This document shows, piece by piece, positions 51,679-61,739 of a DNA stretch of 64,000 nt; the first letter of the stretch is position 1, and each line of letters begins with the position of its first letter. The notes beneath the pieces are model-generated. The model had not been told where the DNA came from. It was given only the letters and a program-made list of their open reading frames with translations, and made no database searches. The translations under genes were made by a program, and so were the position numbers. Origin of the DNA: Rhodovibrionaceae bacterium. GTDB lineage: Bacteria > Pseudomonadota > Alphaproteobacteria > Kiloniellales > DSM-21159. The stretch is from NCBI GenBank assembly GCA_028282405.1, contig JANQIA010000001.1:5672-69671 (forward strand), written 5' to 3'.

Positions 51679-53128
51679 TGAACATCAGGGTCACTTTGCC
51701 GGTCGGGCCGTGGCGCTGCTTGGCCACGATCACTTCCGCCAGTCCCTTTACCTTCTCCATATGCTCGTTCCAACGAACGACCCGCTCGTCGAACTTGTCT
51801 TGCGACTCCTCCGGCCGGCGGATGGGTTCCGAGCGGGAATGATAGTAGTCGTCCCTATAGATGAACATAACGATATCGGCGTCCTGTTCGATGGAGCCGG
51901 ATTCGCGCAGGTCGGCGAGCTGCGGGCGCTTGTCCTCGCGCTGCTCGACGGCGCGGGAGAGCTGGGACAGGGCCACGACCGGCACGTCCAGCTCCTTGGC
52001 GATGGCCTTCAGGCCGCGCGTGATCTCAGAGACCTCCTGCACGCGGCCATCGCTGCGCGAGTTGTTGGCTGGCCGCATGAGCTGCAGGTAATCGACGACG
52101 ATCAAGCTCAGGCCCTCTTGGCGCTTCAGGCGGCGCGCCCGCGTGCGCAGCGCCGGCACGGTAATCGCCGGCGTATCGTCGATGTAGAGGCGGAGCGTCT
52201 CAAGCTCTCGGCTGGCGACCATGACCAATTGCATATCGTCTTGGCTCAGCTCACCGCGCCGCATGGAATCCGACCGGACGCCCGAGCGCGTGGAGAGAAT
52301 GCGCGAGGCGAGCTGCTCCGCGCTCATCTCCAGCGAAAAGAAGGCGGCCAGCTCTGGCGTTTCCCGCTCTTGGCCGGTTGCATCCCGTTCCCGCCGTCGC
52401 GCGGAAGCGACACTGTAGGCGATGTTGGTGGCCAGCGACGTCTTACCCATGGCCGGTCTGGCAGCTAGAATGACCAGGTCGGACTTGTGCAGACCGCCCA
52501 ACAGCTTGTCGAGGTCGATGAGGCCTGTCGACACGCCGACCAGTCGGCCGTCGCGCTTGTAAGCCGCTTCAGTCGCCTCGATGCTCTCGGTTAGGGCGCG
52601 TACGAAGGGCTGTAGCCCACCCTCGGTCTGGCCCGACTCGGCGAGTTTGAACAGGCGCTGCTCAGCGTCTTCGATCTGCTCCACTGCGCCGTTCTCGAAG
52701 TCGAAGTCGAAGGCCTCGTTGACCATGTCTTCGCCGACATCGATCAACTGGCGGCGCAGAAAGAGGTCATAGATGATGCGGCCGAAATGCCGGGCGTCGA
52801 CGATGCCGGCGCTCGCCTCCTGCAGCTCGTCGAGGTAACGCACGCCGCCGACGTCGGCCAAATCCTCGTCGTTCTGAAAGGCGTTGCGGATGGTGACCGC
52901 GCTGGCCAGTTGGCCGCGCTCGATCAGCTTGCCGCAGGCCTCGTAGATGCGGGCATGCGCCCGATCGGCGAAATGCTCCGGACGCAGGAAGTCGGAGACT
53001 TTCTCGTAGGAGAGGTTGTTGGCCAGCAGGTTGGCGAGCAGGGCCTGCTCGGCCTCCATGTTGGCCGGTGGCAGACGGGGCTCGCGCGGTTCCGACGAGT
53101 CCGGGAAGTTGGCAATTTCAGCGCACAT
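51617..53128 (-). CDS. dnaB: replicative DNA helicase DnaB
   Basis: PPANMEAEQALLANLL N-terminus, Walker A AARPAMGKTS, LIVVDYLQLM, SQLSRAVEQR. Confidence 0.95.
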   Translation of the reverse strand: MCAEIANFPDSSEPREPRLPPANMEAEQALLANLLANNLSYEKVSDFLRPEHFADRAHARIYEACGKLIERGQLASAVTIRNAFQNDEDLADVGGVRYLDELQEASAGIVDARHFGRIIYDLFLRRQLIDVGEDMVNEAFDFDFENGAVEQIEDAEQRLFKLAESGQTEGGLQPFVRALTESIEATEAAYKRDGRLVGVSTGLIDLDKLLGGLHKSDLVILAARPAMGKTSLATNIAYSVASARRRERDATGQERETPELAAFFSLEMSAEQLASRILSTRSGVRSDSMRRGELSQDDMQLVMVASRELETLRLYIDDTPAITVPALRTRARRLKRQEGLSLIVVDYLQLMRPANNSRSDGRVQEVSEITRGLKAIAKELDVPVVALSQLSRAVEQREDKRPQLADLRESGSIEQDADIVMFIYRDDYYHSRSEPIRRPEESQDKFDERVVRWNEHMEKVKGLAEVIVAKQRHGPTGKVTLMFNADTTEFSNYSPPDHYPDAH

Positions 53129-53273
53129 GCCACCAAGATATCGGGACAGCCCAACTCCGCCAGTGTGGAAGGCTGGGCTGTCGGGGATAAGCGATTGCCT
53201 CGCTTACGATTTCCAGCTTGACCGAGAGGCAGGTTATCGGCAGTCGCCGAGTCGCGCCGATTGGCGGGGATGT

Positions 53274-54506
53274 CTACTCCGCCGCTTGCATGACGCGTGC
53301 CTCGACGGTTTTGTCGGGGGCGTAGATGTAGTCGCGCGTCAAGGGCACCGTCTCGCGTTGCTTGGCCAGTTGGACTTGGAAGACCACCTGGTGGCCGGCG
53401 CGGAAGGAGGCTTCGCAACCGGCAAGATAGAACTCCCACATGCGGCAGAAGCGCTCGTCGTAGAGCGCCTTGGCCTTGTCCCGATTGGCCATGAAGCGCT
53501 CAGTCCAGTGCTTCAGGGTTTCCGCGTAGTGCAGGCGCCAAACCTCGATATCGGTGACCCACAGCCCCTCGCGCTCAATGGCACGTAGGACCTCGGAGAG
53601 AGAAGGCGTGTAGCCGCCGGGGAAGATGTACTTCCGTATCCAGGCGTTTTGGCCGGCCGGTGGCCCAGCGCCGCCGATCGAGTGCACGACGGCGACACCG
53701 TCGTCGGTCAGCAGGTCCCGGATCTTGCCGAAATACTCGCGATAGTGAGCCGGGCCGACATGCTCGAACATGCCAACCGAAACGATGCGATTGAAGCGCT
53801 CATCGAGCGTTCTGTAGTCCTGCAGGCGGAAGTCCACCTTGCCGGAAAGCCCGTCTTCCTCCACGCGCTCGCGGCTGCGTTGGTGCTGCTCGCTGGACAG
53901 GGTGACACCGGTCACCTTGACCCCGGCGGACTTGGCCAGATAGAGGCCGAGGCCGCCCCATCCCGAGCCGATGTCGAGCACGGAGAGCTCCGGCCGGTCG
54001 AGCAGTAGCTTGGCGGCCACGTGACGCTTCTTGTTGGCTTGCGCCGCTTCCAAATCGTCGTTTGCGCTGCGGAAGTAGGCGCAGGAGTATTGCCTGTCCT
54101 CGTCCAGAAAGAGGTCGTAGAGATCGTCGGACAGGTCGTAGTGATGCGCCACGTTGCGCCGAGACTTCCGGATCGGATTGTGTCCGTGCAGGTAGCGCAG
54201 CGGTCTTTGCACCGCCTCCAGGGCCTTGAGGAAGGGACCGACGTCCGCCTGCTCCAAATTGTCCAGGCATAGGCAGAGCAACTGGAGCAAGGTGCCGTCT
54301 TCAAGCGTCAGCCGGCCGTTCATATAGGCTTCGCCGAAAGCCAGCTTCGGATTGAGGGCCATGCGCCGCTCGGTCGCTTTGTCTTGGATGCGCGCGACAA
54401 TCGCGGGACCTTGGCCGTCGCCGTAGGTGCGCCTTTCACCGTCGCCGAAGACAACCGTAAGGTTGCCTTTTTTGATAACCCGACTGAAGAGGCGATCTGC
54501 CAACAT
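53274..54506 (-). CDS. cfa: cyclopropane-fatty-acyl-phospholipid synthase family methyltransferase
   Basis: I place the start at ATG 54506 after GGAGG. HYDLSDDLYDLFLDEDRQYSCAYF, SAM motif VLDIGSGWGGL, FEHVG. Confidence 0.85.
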   Translation of the reverse strand: MLADRLFSRVIKKGNLTVVFGDGERRTYGDGQGPAIVARIQDKATERRMALNPKLAFGEAYMNGRLTLEDGTLLQLLCLCLDNLEQADVGPFLKALEAVQRPLRYLHGHNPIRKSRRNVAHHYDLSDDLYDLFLDEDRQYSCAYFRSANDDLEAAQANKKRHVAAKLLLDRPELSVLDIGSGWGGLGLYLAKSAGVKVTGVTLSSEQHQRSRERVEEDGLSGKVDFRLQDYRTLDERFNRIVSVGMFEHVGPAHYREYFGKIRDLLTDDGVAVVHSIGGAGPPAGQNAWIRKYIFPGGYTPSLSEVLRAIEREGLWVTDIEVWRLHYAETLKHWTERFMANRDKAKALYDERFCRMWEFYLAGCEASFRAGHQVVFQVQLAKQRETVPLTRDYIYAPDKTVEARVMQAAE

Positions 54507-54696
54507 GGCGCGTCCTCCCCGCATTCTTATCCCTAAGCTGGCCGGGATTAGCCCCGACCACGCGTATTTAACCTTATTTAATCAAAGTCTAAGTGCAATT
54601 TCCAGATTCCTCTGGGTGCATGACAGATTTGTTTCTAAATCATGGGTCAATCGCGCGTGCCGTGCAAGCGTCTGGTGGCAACCGGTTTTCGGCCGC

Positions 54697-54731
54697 ACGG
54701 AAAAGAAAACGGCCCCAAAGCGGGGCCGTTT
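54697..54731 (-). terminator. rho-independent terminator downstream of rplI
   Basis: 10-bp stem AAACGGCCCC / GGGGCCGTTT with a 5-nt loop. On the minus strand it is followed by UUCUUUUCC. It lies about 25 nt after the rplI stop. Confidence 0.6.
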
Positions 54732-54756
54732 CAAAAGCAATCGAAGCTGTAGAGAG

Positions 54757-55395
54757 CTAGGCTTCCGTCTTTTTCTCTCCTTCATCCGAGGCCGCTTCGG
54801 TGGTCTCGGTCTCTCCGCCCTCGACCGCCGGCGCTTCCTCCCCGGTCGGGGTTTCGAGCAGCTCCTCGGTCAGGGCTTCGGCTTCGGTTTCGTCCTCGTC
54901 GGTCTGACCCGTGACGGCCTGGCCGGTGCTTGCCTGCATCTCGGCTTCCGCCTCGGACCGGGCGATGTTGCAGCTAATGCCGATGCTCACTTCCGGATGG
55001 AGGCGAACGCGGACCGCATGAATGCCCAGCGCCTTGATGGGACGGTCGAGCACCACCTGGCCACGCTGGATGGTGGCGCCGGCCTCCGTCACCGCCTCGG
55101 CGATGTCGCGCGAGGAGACGGAGCCATAGAGCTGTCCGGAGTCGCCCGCCTGGCGGATGATCACCACGCTGAGCCCTTCGATCTTGCCGGCGACGGCCTC
55201 GGCCTCCTGGCGTCGGGCCAGATTGTCGGCTTCGAGCTGTGTCCGCTGGTTCTCGAAGACCGAGAGGTTCTCTTTCGTCGCCCGCAGGGCTTTGCGCTGC
55301 GGGATGAGATAGTTGCGCGCGAAGCCCGGCTTGACGGTGACGACGTCGCCCATCTGGCCGAGCTTTTCGATGCGCTCGAGAAGAATGACTTCCAT
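54757..55395 (-). CDS. rplI: 50S ribosomal protein L9 (with acidic C-terminal extension)
   Basis: [36 protein letters not shown]. Confidence 0.95.
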   Translation of the reverse strand: MEVILLERIEKLGQMGDVVTVKPGFARNYLIPQRKALRATKENLSVFENQRTQLEADNLARRQEAEAVAGKIEGLSVVIIRQAGDSGQLYGSVSSRDIAEAVTEAGATIQRGQVVLDRPIKALGIHAVRVRLHPEVSIGISCNIARSEAEAEMQASTGQAVTGQTDEDETEAEALTEELLETPTGEEAPAVEGGETETTEAASDEGEKKTEA

Positions 55396-55405
55396 GGCTC
55401 GCTTC

Positions 55406-55663
55406 CTACTTGATCACGTAGGGCAGGATCGCGAGGTAGCGGGCGCGCTTGATCGCCCGGGCCAGCTCGCGCTGCTTTTTGGCCGACACGGCGGTAATCC
55501 GGCTGGGGACGATCTTGCCGCGCTCAGAGATGAAGCGCTGCAAGAGACGCACGTCCTTGTAGTCGATCTTCGGCGAGTTGGGGCCGGAGAAGGGGCAGCT
55601 TTTGCGGCGCCGGAAGAAAGGGCGCCGGCGGCCGCCGCCGGTGCTGACGATTTCGATAGACAT
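55406..55663 (-). CDS. rpsR: 30S ribosomal protein S18
   Basis: [50 protein letters not shown]. Confidence 0.95.
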   Translation of the reverse strand: MSIEIVSTGGGRRRPFFRRRKSCPFSGPNSPKIDYKDVRLLQRFISERGKIVPSRITAVSAKKQRELARAIKRARYLAILPYVIK

Positions 55664-55689
55664 GTCTCGATCTCCTGGGTCGGCGCGCT

Positions 55690-56064
55690 TTAGTCGCGGT
55701 GATGACGGCCGCGACCGCCCCGGCCACGGTCATCGCCGCGGCCCTTTGCCTGCATCATGGCCGAGGGCTCGCCGCTCAGCTCGTTCACGCGCACCGTGAG
55801 ATAGCGAAGAACGTCTTCGTTGTAGCGCATGGTCCGCTCGAACTCCTGGACCGCAGCGGCCGGAGCGTCGAGGTTGAACAGCATGTAGTGGCCCTTGCGG
55901 TTCTTCTTGATGCGGTAGGTGAGGCTCTTGAGCCCCCAATACTCGCGGCTGGCCACTTCCCCGCCGTTGGTTTTGATCTGCTCCGCCAACTCGTCGGCCA
56001 AGGCTTCGACTTGGCTGGCGGAAATGTCCTGGCGTGCGATCCACACGCTTTCGTAAAAAGCCAT
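55690..56064 (-). CDS. rpsF: 30S ribosomal protein S6
   Basis: [22 protein letters not shown]...[25 protein letters not shown]. Confidence 0.95.
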   Translation of the reverse strand: MAFYESVWIARQDISASQVEALADELAEQIKTNGGEVASREYWGLKSLTYRIKKNRKGHYMLFNLDAPAAAVQEFERTMRYNEDVLRYLTVRVNELSGEPSAMMQAKGRGDDRGRGGRGRHHRD

Positions 56065-56319
56065 CGTTGCTCCTTCCGGCTTGCGGCGACAGGCCTATGG
56101 GCCGGCCGCCATAGCCGAACACGTTGACGGGTTGCGCCGTCTGCGGCGTTCGGCAAGGAGTTATGAAAAGCCCCCTAAGGGGAAGGCCGAGATATTATGC
56201 AGCCGGCCCCAAAGCTCAAGCCCCTATCGCAAGAGAAATTGCGAGCTGCTTGACAGAGAGGACAGCCATCGGCAACTCCCCCCACCACTAGCAAACATGG
56301 CGGCAAAAAAGGGTTAAGG

Positions 56320-57261
56320 ATGGAACGGGCGTTCGTTTTCCCCGGACAGGGCAGCCAGGCCGTCGGCATGGGGCGCGAGTTGAGCGCCGCCTTTCCCGTC
56401 GCCCGCGAGGTCTTCGAGGAAGTCGATGACGCCCTTTCCCAGTCCTTGAGCCGGTTGATGTTCGAAGGACCGGACGAGACGCTGACCCTCACCGAGAACG
56501 CGCAGCCCGCCCTGATGGCGGTTAGCCTGGCCGTGGTCCGGGTCTTGGAGAGCGAAGGCAAGATCTCCCTCGCCGAGGTGGGTGGCGCCGTGGCGGGGCA
56601 CTCCCTCGGCGAATACTCCGCACTGGCCGCGGCCGGCACGCTGAGCTTGGCTGACGCGGCCCGACTGCTGAAGCGCCGCGGCCAAGCCATGCAGGAAGCC
56701 GTGCCGGTGGGCGAAGGGGCGATGGCCGCCGTGCTGGGGCTCTCCGTCGAAGACGCGGAAGCCTTGGCCAAAGAGGCGGCGGACGCGGATATCTGCGTCG
56801 TCGCCAACGACAACGCGCCGGGGCAGGTTGTGCTGAGCGGCCATGCTGCCGCCATCGAGCGCGCGACGGCCTTGGCGCCGGAGAAGGGCGCCAAGCGCTG
56901 CATCCCGCTCAGTGTGTCCGCGCCCTTCCACTGCCCGCTGATGGCGCCGGCCGCCGAGGTCATGGAAGAGGCTTTGGCGAAGGTCGCTTTCGCACCTCCG
57001 GCCCTGCCGGTCGTGACCAACGTTACGGCGGCGCAAGAGAGCGACCCGACCCGCCTGCGCGGGCTCCTGGTCGAGCAGGTCACGGGGCGAGTACGCTGGC
57101 GCGAGAGCGTCGAAGCCATGCGTGGCGACGGCATTGAGATGCTGGTGGAGCTGGGAGCCGGCAAGGTGCTCAGTGGCTTGGCCCGCCGCATCGATCCGGA
57201 TCTGAAAGCCTCGGTGTTGGGCAGCCCGGAAGAGATCGAGGCCTTTCTGACCACCCTCTGA
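56320..57261 (+). CDS. fabD: ACP S-malonyltransferase
   Basis: FPGQGSQAVGMG and GHSLGEYSAL motifs. First gene of the fab cluster. Confidence 0.95.
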   Translation: MERAFVFPGQGSQAVGMGRELSAAFPVAREVFEEVDDALSQSLSRLMFEGPDETLTLTENAQPALMAVSLAVVRVLESEGKISLAEVGGAVAGHSLGEYSALAAAGTLSLADAARLLKRRGQAMQEAVPVGEGAMAAVLGLSVEDAEALAKEAADADICVVANDNAPGQVVLSGHAAAIERATALAPEKGAKRCIPLSVSAPFHCPLMAPAAEVMEEALAKVAFAPPALPVVTNVTAAQESDPTRLRGLLVEQVTGRVRWRESVEAMRGDGIEMLVELGAGKVLSGLARRIDPDLKASVLGSPEEIEAFLTTL

Positions 57262-57326
57262 GCAGGGCCGCGGGGAGGCAGGAAAAACCGCAGCTTCCGC
57301 AAGCTGCCGAGATCGAGGGGAGAACG

Positions 57327-58064
57327 ATGTTCGATCTGAGCGGAAAGAGGGTGCTCGTGACAGGCGCGAGCGGCGGCATCGGCGCCGCAATCGCGCGGGC
57401 GCTGTATGATCAAGGCGCTGCCGTTGCGCTTTCCGGCACCCGCGAGGCGGCTCTGCGCGAGCTCGCCGAGTCCCTTGGCGATCGCACGCACGTGGCGCCT
57501 TGTGTGCTGAGCGACCGGGTGGCGGTCGCCGCACTGCCTGCCGCCGTGGAAGAAGCGCTCGGCGGTCTCGATGTGCTGGTGAACAATGCCGGCGTCACGC
57601 GCGACACCCTGGCCATGCGCATGCGCGACGAGGACTGGGATGACGTGCTGGAGATCAATCTCACGGCCGCCTTCCGGCTCAGCCGTGCGTGCTTGCGCGG
57701 GATGATGAAGCAGCGCAATGGCCGCATCATCAACATCACCTCGATCGTCGGCGTGGTCGGCAACCCCGGACAAGCCAACTACGTGGCCTCCAAAGCCGGC
57801 ATGATCGGCCTGACCAAGTCCATGGCCGCCGAGGTGGCGTCGCGTGGAATCACCGTCAACGCGGTCGCGCCCGGCTACATTGAAACGCCGATGACCGACG
57901 CTTTGAATGCGGATCAGCGGGAGAAGATTCTCTCTTCCATTCCAAGCGGACGTATCGGACAGCCGGCCGAGGTCGCGGGCGCTTGCGCCTTTCTGGCCTC
58001 GGACGAAGCCGCCTACATCACCGGACAGACGTTGCACGTGAACGGTGGGATGGCGATGATATAG
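57327..58064 (+). CDS. fabG: 3-oxoacyl-ACP reductase
   Basis: VTGASGGIGAAIA, NNAGVTRD, YVASKAG. Synteny between fabD and acpP. Confidence 0.95.
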   Translation: MFDLSGKRVLVTGASGGIGAAIARALYDQGAAVALSGTREAALRELAESLGDRTHVAPCVLSDRVAVAALPAAVEEALGGLDVLVNNAGVTRDTLAMRMRDEDWDDVLEINLTAAFRLSRACLRGMMKQRNGRIINITSIVGVVGNPGQANYVASKAGMIGLTKSMAAEVASRGITVNAVAPGYIETPMTDALNADQREKILSSIPSGRIGQPAEVAGACAFLASDEAAYITGQTLHVNGGMAMI

Positions 58065-58266
58065 ACCGTGGGGCTGCATGCGAAGATGGCCGGTTGAAGG
58101 CGTTGGCAAAGCGAAATCGCCATGCTAAGAGCCGTCGCTTGCAAAACGACCCGCAGACGGCTGGTCGGACACTTTGGTGTCGGACGCCTTTTCTTCGTTG
58201 GAAGCGTGCGTTCGAACCATATATGAAGCCGTTATTGCATCTCGGGCAAATCTAAAGGTCACAGGA

Positions 58267-58500
58267 ATGAGCGATATCGCCGATCGGGTAAAAAAGATTG
58301 TCGTCGAGCACCTTGGCGTCGAGGAAGACAAGGTCAGCGACTCCGCCAGCTTCATCGACGATCTCGGGGCGGACAGCCTCGACACCGTTGAGTTGGTCAT
58401 GGCGTTCGAAGAAGAGTTCGGGTGCGAGATCCCCGACGACGCCGCGGAGAAGATCACCACCGTTGGTGATGCTATCAATTTCATCCAGGACAACGCCTGA
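58267..58500 (+). CDS. acpP: acyl carrier protein
   Basis: I place the start at ATG 58267 ([18 protein letters not shown]). Phosphopantetheine site [19 protein letters not shown]. Confidence 0.95.
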   Translation: MSDIADRVKKIVVEHLGVEEDKVSDSASFIDDLGADSLDTVELVMAFEEEFGCEIPDDAAEKITTVGDAINFIQDNA

Positions 58501-58571
58501 CCCCAGACGTCGCCGTGGGTGCGAATGCGAAGGTCGGTTGCCGTTCACTGTTTGAGGTTTGATGGCCGTTG

Positions 58572-59837
58572 ATGCGACGGGTTGTCATTACGGGACTTGG
58601 TTTGGTTTCGCCGCTCGGCGCCGGCGTCGAGCATAGCTGGCGGCGGCTGCTGGACGGTCGCTCCGGCATCTCTGCGATCCAGAGCTTCGACGTCTCCGAT
58701 CTTCCGGCGAAGATCGCGGGCCAGCCGCCGCTCGGCGACCTGGCCGATGGCGGCTTCAATCCCGACGACTTCATGGAGATGAAAGATCGCCGCAAGGTCG
58801 ATCGCTTCATCGTCTACGCCATGGCGGCTGCGCAGATGGCGATCGAAGACTCCGGATGGACGCCGACCGACGAGGAAGAGCAGGAACGCACCGGCGTCAT
58901 GATCGGCTCCGGCATCGGCGGTCTGGAGACGATCTACGACGGGGCCATCACGGTGCATGAGCGGGGGCCGCGTCGCCTGTCTCCCTTCTTTATTCCGGCG
59001 GCCCTGATCAATCTCGCCTCCGGCCAGGTGTCGATTCGCTACGGCTTTCGCGGCCCCAACCACGCCGCGGTGACGGCCTGCTCGACAGGTGCTCACTGCA
59101 TCGGCGATGCCGCGCGGCTGATTCAGCTCGGCGATGCCGATGTCATGGTGGCCGGCGGCGCGGAAGCTGCGATCAACCGCATCGGCGTGGCCGGCTTTTC
59201 GGCGGCACGGGCGCTCTCGACCAACTTCAACGACACGCCGGAGCGGGCCTCGCGACCCTGGGACAAAGATCGGGACGGCTTCGTCATGGGCGAGGGCGCC
59301 GGCATCGTCGTCCTCGAGGAGTACGAGCAGGCCAAGAAGCGGGGCGCGACGATCTATGCCGAGGTCGTCGGCTATGGCTTGTCCGGCGACGCCCATCACA
59401 TCACCGCGCCGGCGGACGACGGCAACGGCGGCTATCGCTCCATGAAGGCGGCCATGCGGCGGGCTGGCGTCGACTACTCCGAGATCGACTACGTCAATGC
59501 CCACGGGACCTCCACGCCGTTGGGTGACGAGATCGAGCTGAACGCCGTAAGACGCCTCTTCGGCAACGCGGCCGATCAGATGTCCATGTCGTCCACCAAG
59601 TCGGCCATCGGCCATCTGCTGGGCGCCGCCGGGGCGGTCGAAGCGATCTTCTGCGTGCTGGCCATCCGCGACGATGTCGTGCCGCCGACGCTGAATCTCG
59701 ACAATCCCTCCGAGAGCTGCAACGGCATCGATCTGGTGCCGCATCAGGCCAGGGAGCGGAAGGTGAGACGCGCCCTGTCGAACTCCTTCGGCTTCGGTGG
59801 GACGAACGCGAGCCTGGTGCTCGCAGAGGTCAACTGA
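58572..59837 (+). CDS. fabF: beta-ketoacyl-ACP synthase II
   Basis: MRRVVITGLG, active-site ACSTGAHCIGDA, HGTSTPLGD, NSFGFGGTNASLV. The ORF-track start is TTG 58569. Confidence 0.95.
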   Translation: MRRVVITGLGLVSPLGAGVEHSWRRLLDGRSGISAIQSFDVSDLPAKIAGQPPLGDLADGGFNPDDFMEMKDRRKVDRFIVYAMAAAQMAIEDSGWTPTDEEEQERTGVMIGSGIGGLETIYDGAITVHERGPRRLSPFFIPAALINLASGQVSIRYGFRGPNHAAVTACSTGAHCIGDAARLIQLGDADVMVAGGAEAAINRIGVAGFSAARALSTNFNDTPERASRPWDKDRDGFVMGEGAGIVVLEEYEQAKKRGATIYAEVVGYGLSGDAHHITAPADDGNGGYRSMKAAMRRAGVDYSEIDYVNAHGTSTPLGDEIELNAVRRLFGNAADQMSMSSTKSAIGHLLGAAGAVEAIFCVLAIRDDVVPPTLNLDNPSESCNGIDLVPHQARERKVRRALSNSFGFGGTNASLVLAEVN

Positions 59838-59851
59838 GCAGGCCGGCGCCC

Positions 59852-60832
59852 GTGCGCCGCGCGATCCTATCCACTTTTCTTGTCGTGCTGCTGGCTGTCG
59901 GCCTCGTGCTGGCCGGCTTGGCGTACTACGGATATCAGACCTTCCAGGCGCCGGGCGTGACCGAGGAGGAGACGCTGGTCCTGATCCCGCGCGGCAGCAG
60001 CCTGGAGGGCATCGCCGAGGTCTTGACCGAAGCAGGCGTCATCTCCGACCCGATGGTCTTCGGGGTCGCCGCCCGCTTGAGCGAGAAGGCGCGGCGCCTG
60101 AAGGCCGGCGAGTATCTCATTCCCGCCGGTGCATCCATGGAGACGGTGCTGGTCATCCTGGAGAGCGGGCGCACCATCGCGCGCAGCTTGACCGTGCCGG
60201 AGGGGCTGACGTCGCTGGAGATTGTCCAGCTGATCGAGGAGGCTCCGGCGCTGGTCGGAGAGATTGCCGAGGTGCCGCCGCAGGGAGGCCTCCTGCCGGA
60301 GACCTATCACTACTCCTTCGGCGACGACCGCGCGGAGCTCTTGCAGCGTATGACGGACGCCATGCAGCGAACCCTCGATGAGCTCTGGGAAGAGCGCCAG
60401 GAGGGCTTGCCTCTCGAGTCACCCCAAGAGGCGCTCGCCTTGGCGTCGATCGTCGAGAAGGAAACCGGTGTCGCGGACGAGAGGCCGTTGGTGGCCAGCG
60501 TCTTCATCAATCGTCTGCGCCGAGGCATGCCGCTGCAGTCGGACCCGACGGTGATCTTCGCGCTCACCGAGGGGCAGGCGCCGCTCGGCAGAGCCCTGAC
60601 CCGGCGCGACTGGCGGGTCGAGCACCCCTACAACACCTATGTCATCCCGGCCTTGCCACCGGGCCCCATCGCCAATCCCGGCCGCGCGGCCATCGCCGCC
60701 GTGCTGCAGCCAGCCGAAAGCGAATACCTCTACTTCGTGGCGGCGGGGGATGGGGGGCATGCCTTTGCCAAGACCCTGCGGGAGCACAACCGGAACGTCC
60801 GCGCTTGGCGACGCATCCGGGACAGCAACTGA
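59852..60832 (+). CDS. mltG: endolytic transglycosylase MltG (YceG family)
   Basis: N-terminal anchor, YceG-like blocks LASIVEKETG, VFINRLRRGMPLQSDPTV, YNTY, PGPIANPG. Conserved position after fabF. Confidence 0.9.
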   Translation: MRRAILSTFLVVLLAVGLVLAGLAYYGYQTFQAPGVTEEETLVLIPRGSSLEGIAEVLTEAGVISDPMVFGVAARLSEKARRLKAGEYLIPAGASMETVLVILESGRTIARSLTVPEGLTSLEIVQLIEEAPALVGEIAEVPPQGGLLPETYHYSFGDDRAELLQRMTDAMQRTLDELWEERQEGLPLESPQEALALASIVEKETGVADERPLVASVFINRLRRGMPLQSDPTVIFALTEGQAPLGRALTRRDWRVEHPYNTYVIPALPPGPIANPGRAAIAAVLQPAESEYLYFVAAGDGGHAFAKTLREHNRNVRAWRRIRDSN

Positions 60833-60837
60833 ACGCT

Positions 60838-61599
60838 CTAGACTTTCTTCGGTAGACGACGCGTCAGCCAGTCGCTGACAGGCACCGGGATCCCTCCGAG
60901 AACCCGGACCATCGCATAGGTCGGCCAGGGAAAGGCGATGCGCCCGCGATTGCGGGCCAAGCCTTTGGCGATGATGCGGGCCGCCCGGTCGCTATCCATC
61001 AGAAACGGCATCGTATACTTGTTGCTGTCGGTCATCGGGCTTTTGACGAAGCCCGGGCAGATCACGCTGACTCCGACGCCGCGGCGGCGCAGTTCGCCGC
61101 GCAGGCCTTCGCCGTAAACCCGCACCGCTGCCTTGCTGCCGCAATAGGCGGGCGCGCCGGCAAAGCCAACGAACGACGCAATGGAGGACATGATACCGAT
61201 CTGCCCTCGGCCGCGGGCGATCATCAGCGGCATCGCCGGCGCGATGGTATTGATCACCCCCTCGACGTTGACGGCGAAGATGCGGCGCGCCTTCTCCTCT
61301 TTCTCTCCCTTGGGCCCACCGGTGCCGCCTGAGATACCTGCGTTGGCGATCAGGACGTCGATGGGGGCCGCAGCGTCGCGCACCTGGATCCAGTCACGCA
61401 GGGCCTCTCGTTCCCGCACGTCGAGCAGCCCTTCCTCGACCTCGGCGCCGGCCTCCCGGCAAGCCGCAGCCACCGCAGCCAAGCGCTCCGCGTCACGTCC
61501 AGTCAGAGAGAGCCGCGCGCCCAAGTGGGCGTAGTGCAACGCCAGCGCTCGCCCAATGCCGCTCGATGCGCCGGTGATCAAGACATGCTGCGGCGCCAT
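60838..61599 (-). CDS. SDR family oxidoreductase
   Basis: ITGASSGIGRALA and YCGSKAAV motifs. Confidence 0.85.
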   Translation of the reverse strand: MAPQHVLITGASSGIGRALALHYAHLGARLSLTGRDAERLAAVAAACREAGAEVEEGLLDVREREALRDWIQVRDAAAPIDVLIANAGISGGTGGPKGEKEEKARRIFAVNVEGVINTIAPAMPLMIARGRGQIGIMSSIASFVGFAGAPAYCGSKAAVRVYGEGLRGELRRRGVGVSVICPGFVKSPMTDSNKYTMPFLMDSDRAARIIAKGLARNRGRIAFPWPTYAMVRVLGGIPVPVSDWLTRRLPKKV

Positions 61600-61739
61600 A
61601 GCGATTCCTTAGCCTCATTCCCTCTGCCGCGTTGCCCGCTGCCGGGCTGCCCGTCTATAACAGCGCGGCGCCGGGCGGCGCCAGACATGCCCCTTCCTTG
61701 TCTTTCGATGGTAGAGCCTTGTCGAGCACACTCCATTCC

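Noticed and set aside
56175-58109. 644-aa ORF antisense to fabD and fabG
   Set aside because: The sense strand encodes textbook FabD and FabG with catalytic motifs. The antisense translation is low-complexity and rich in Arg, Ala and Pro. Long stop-free antisense frames are expected at ~65% GC.
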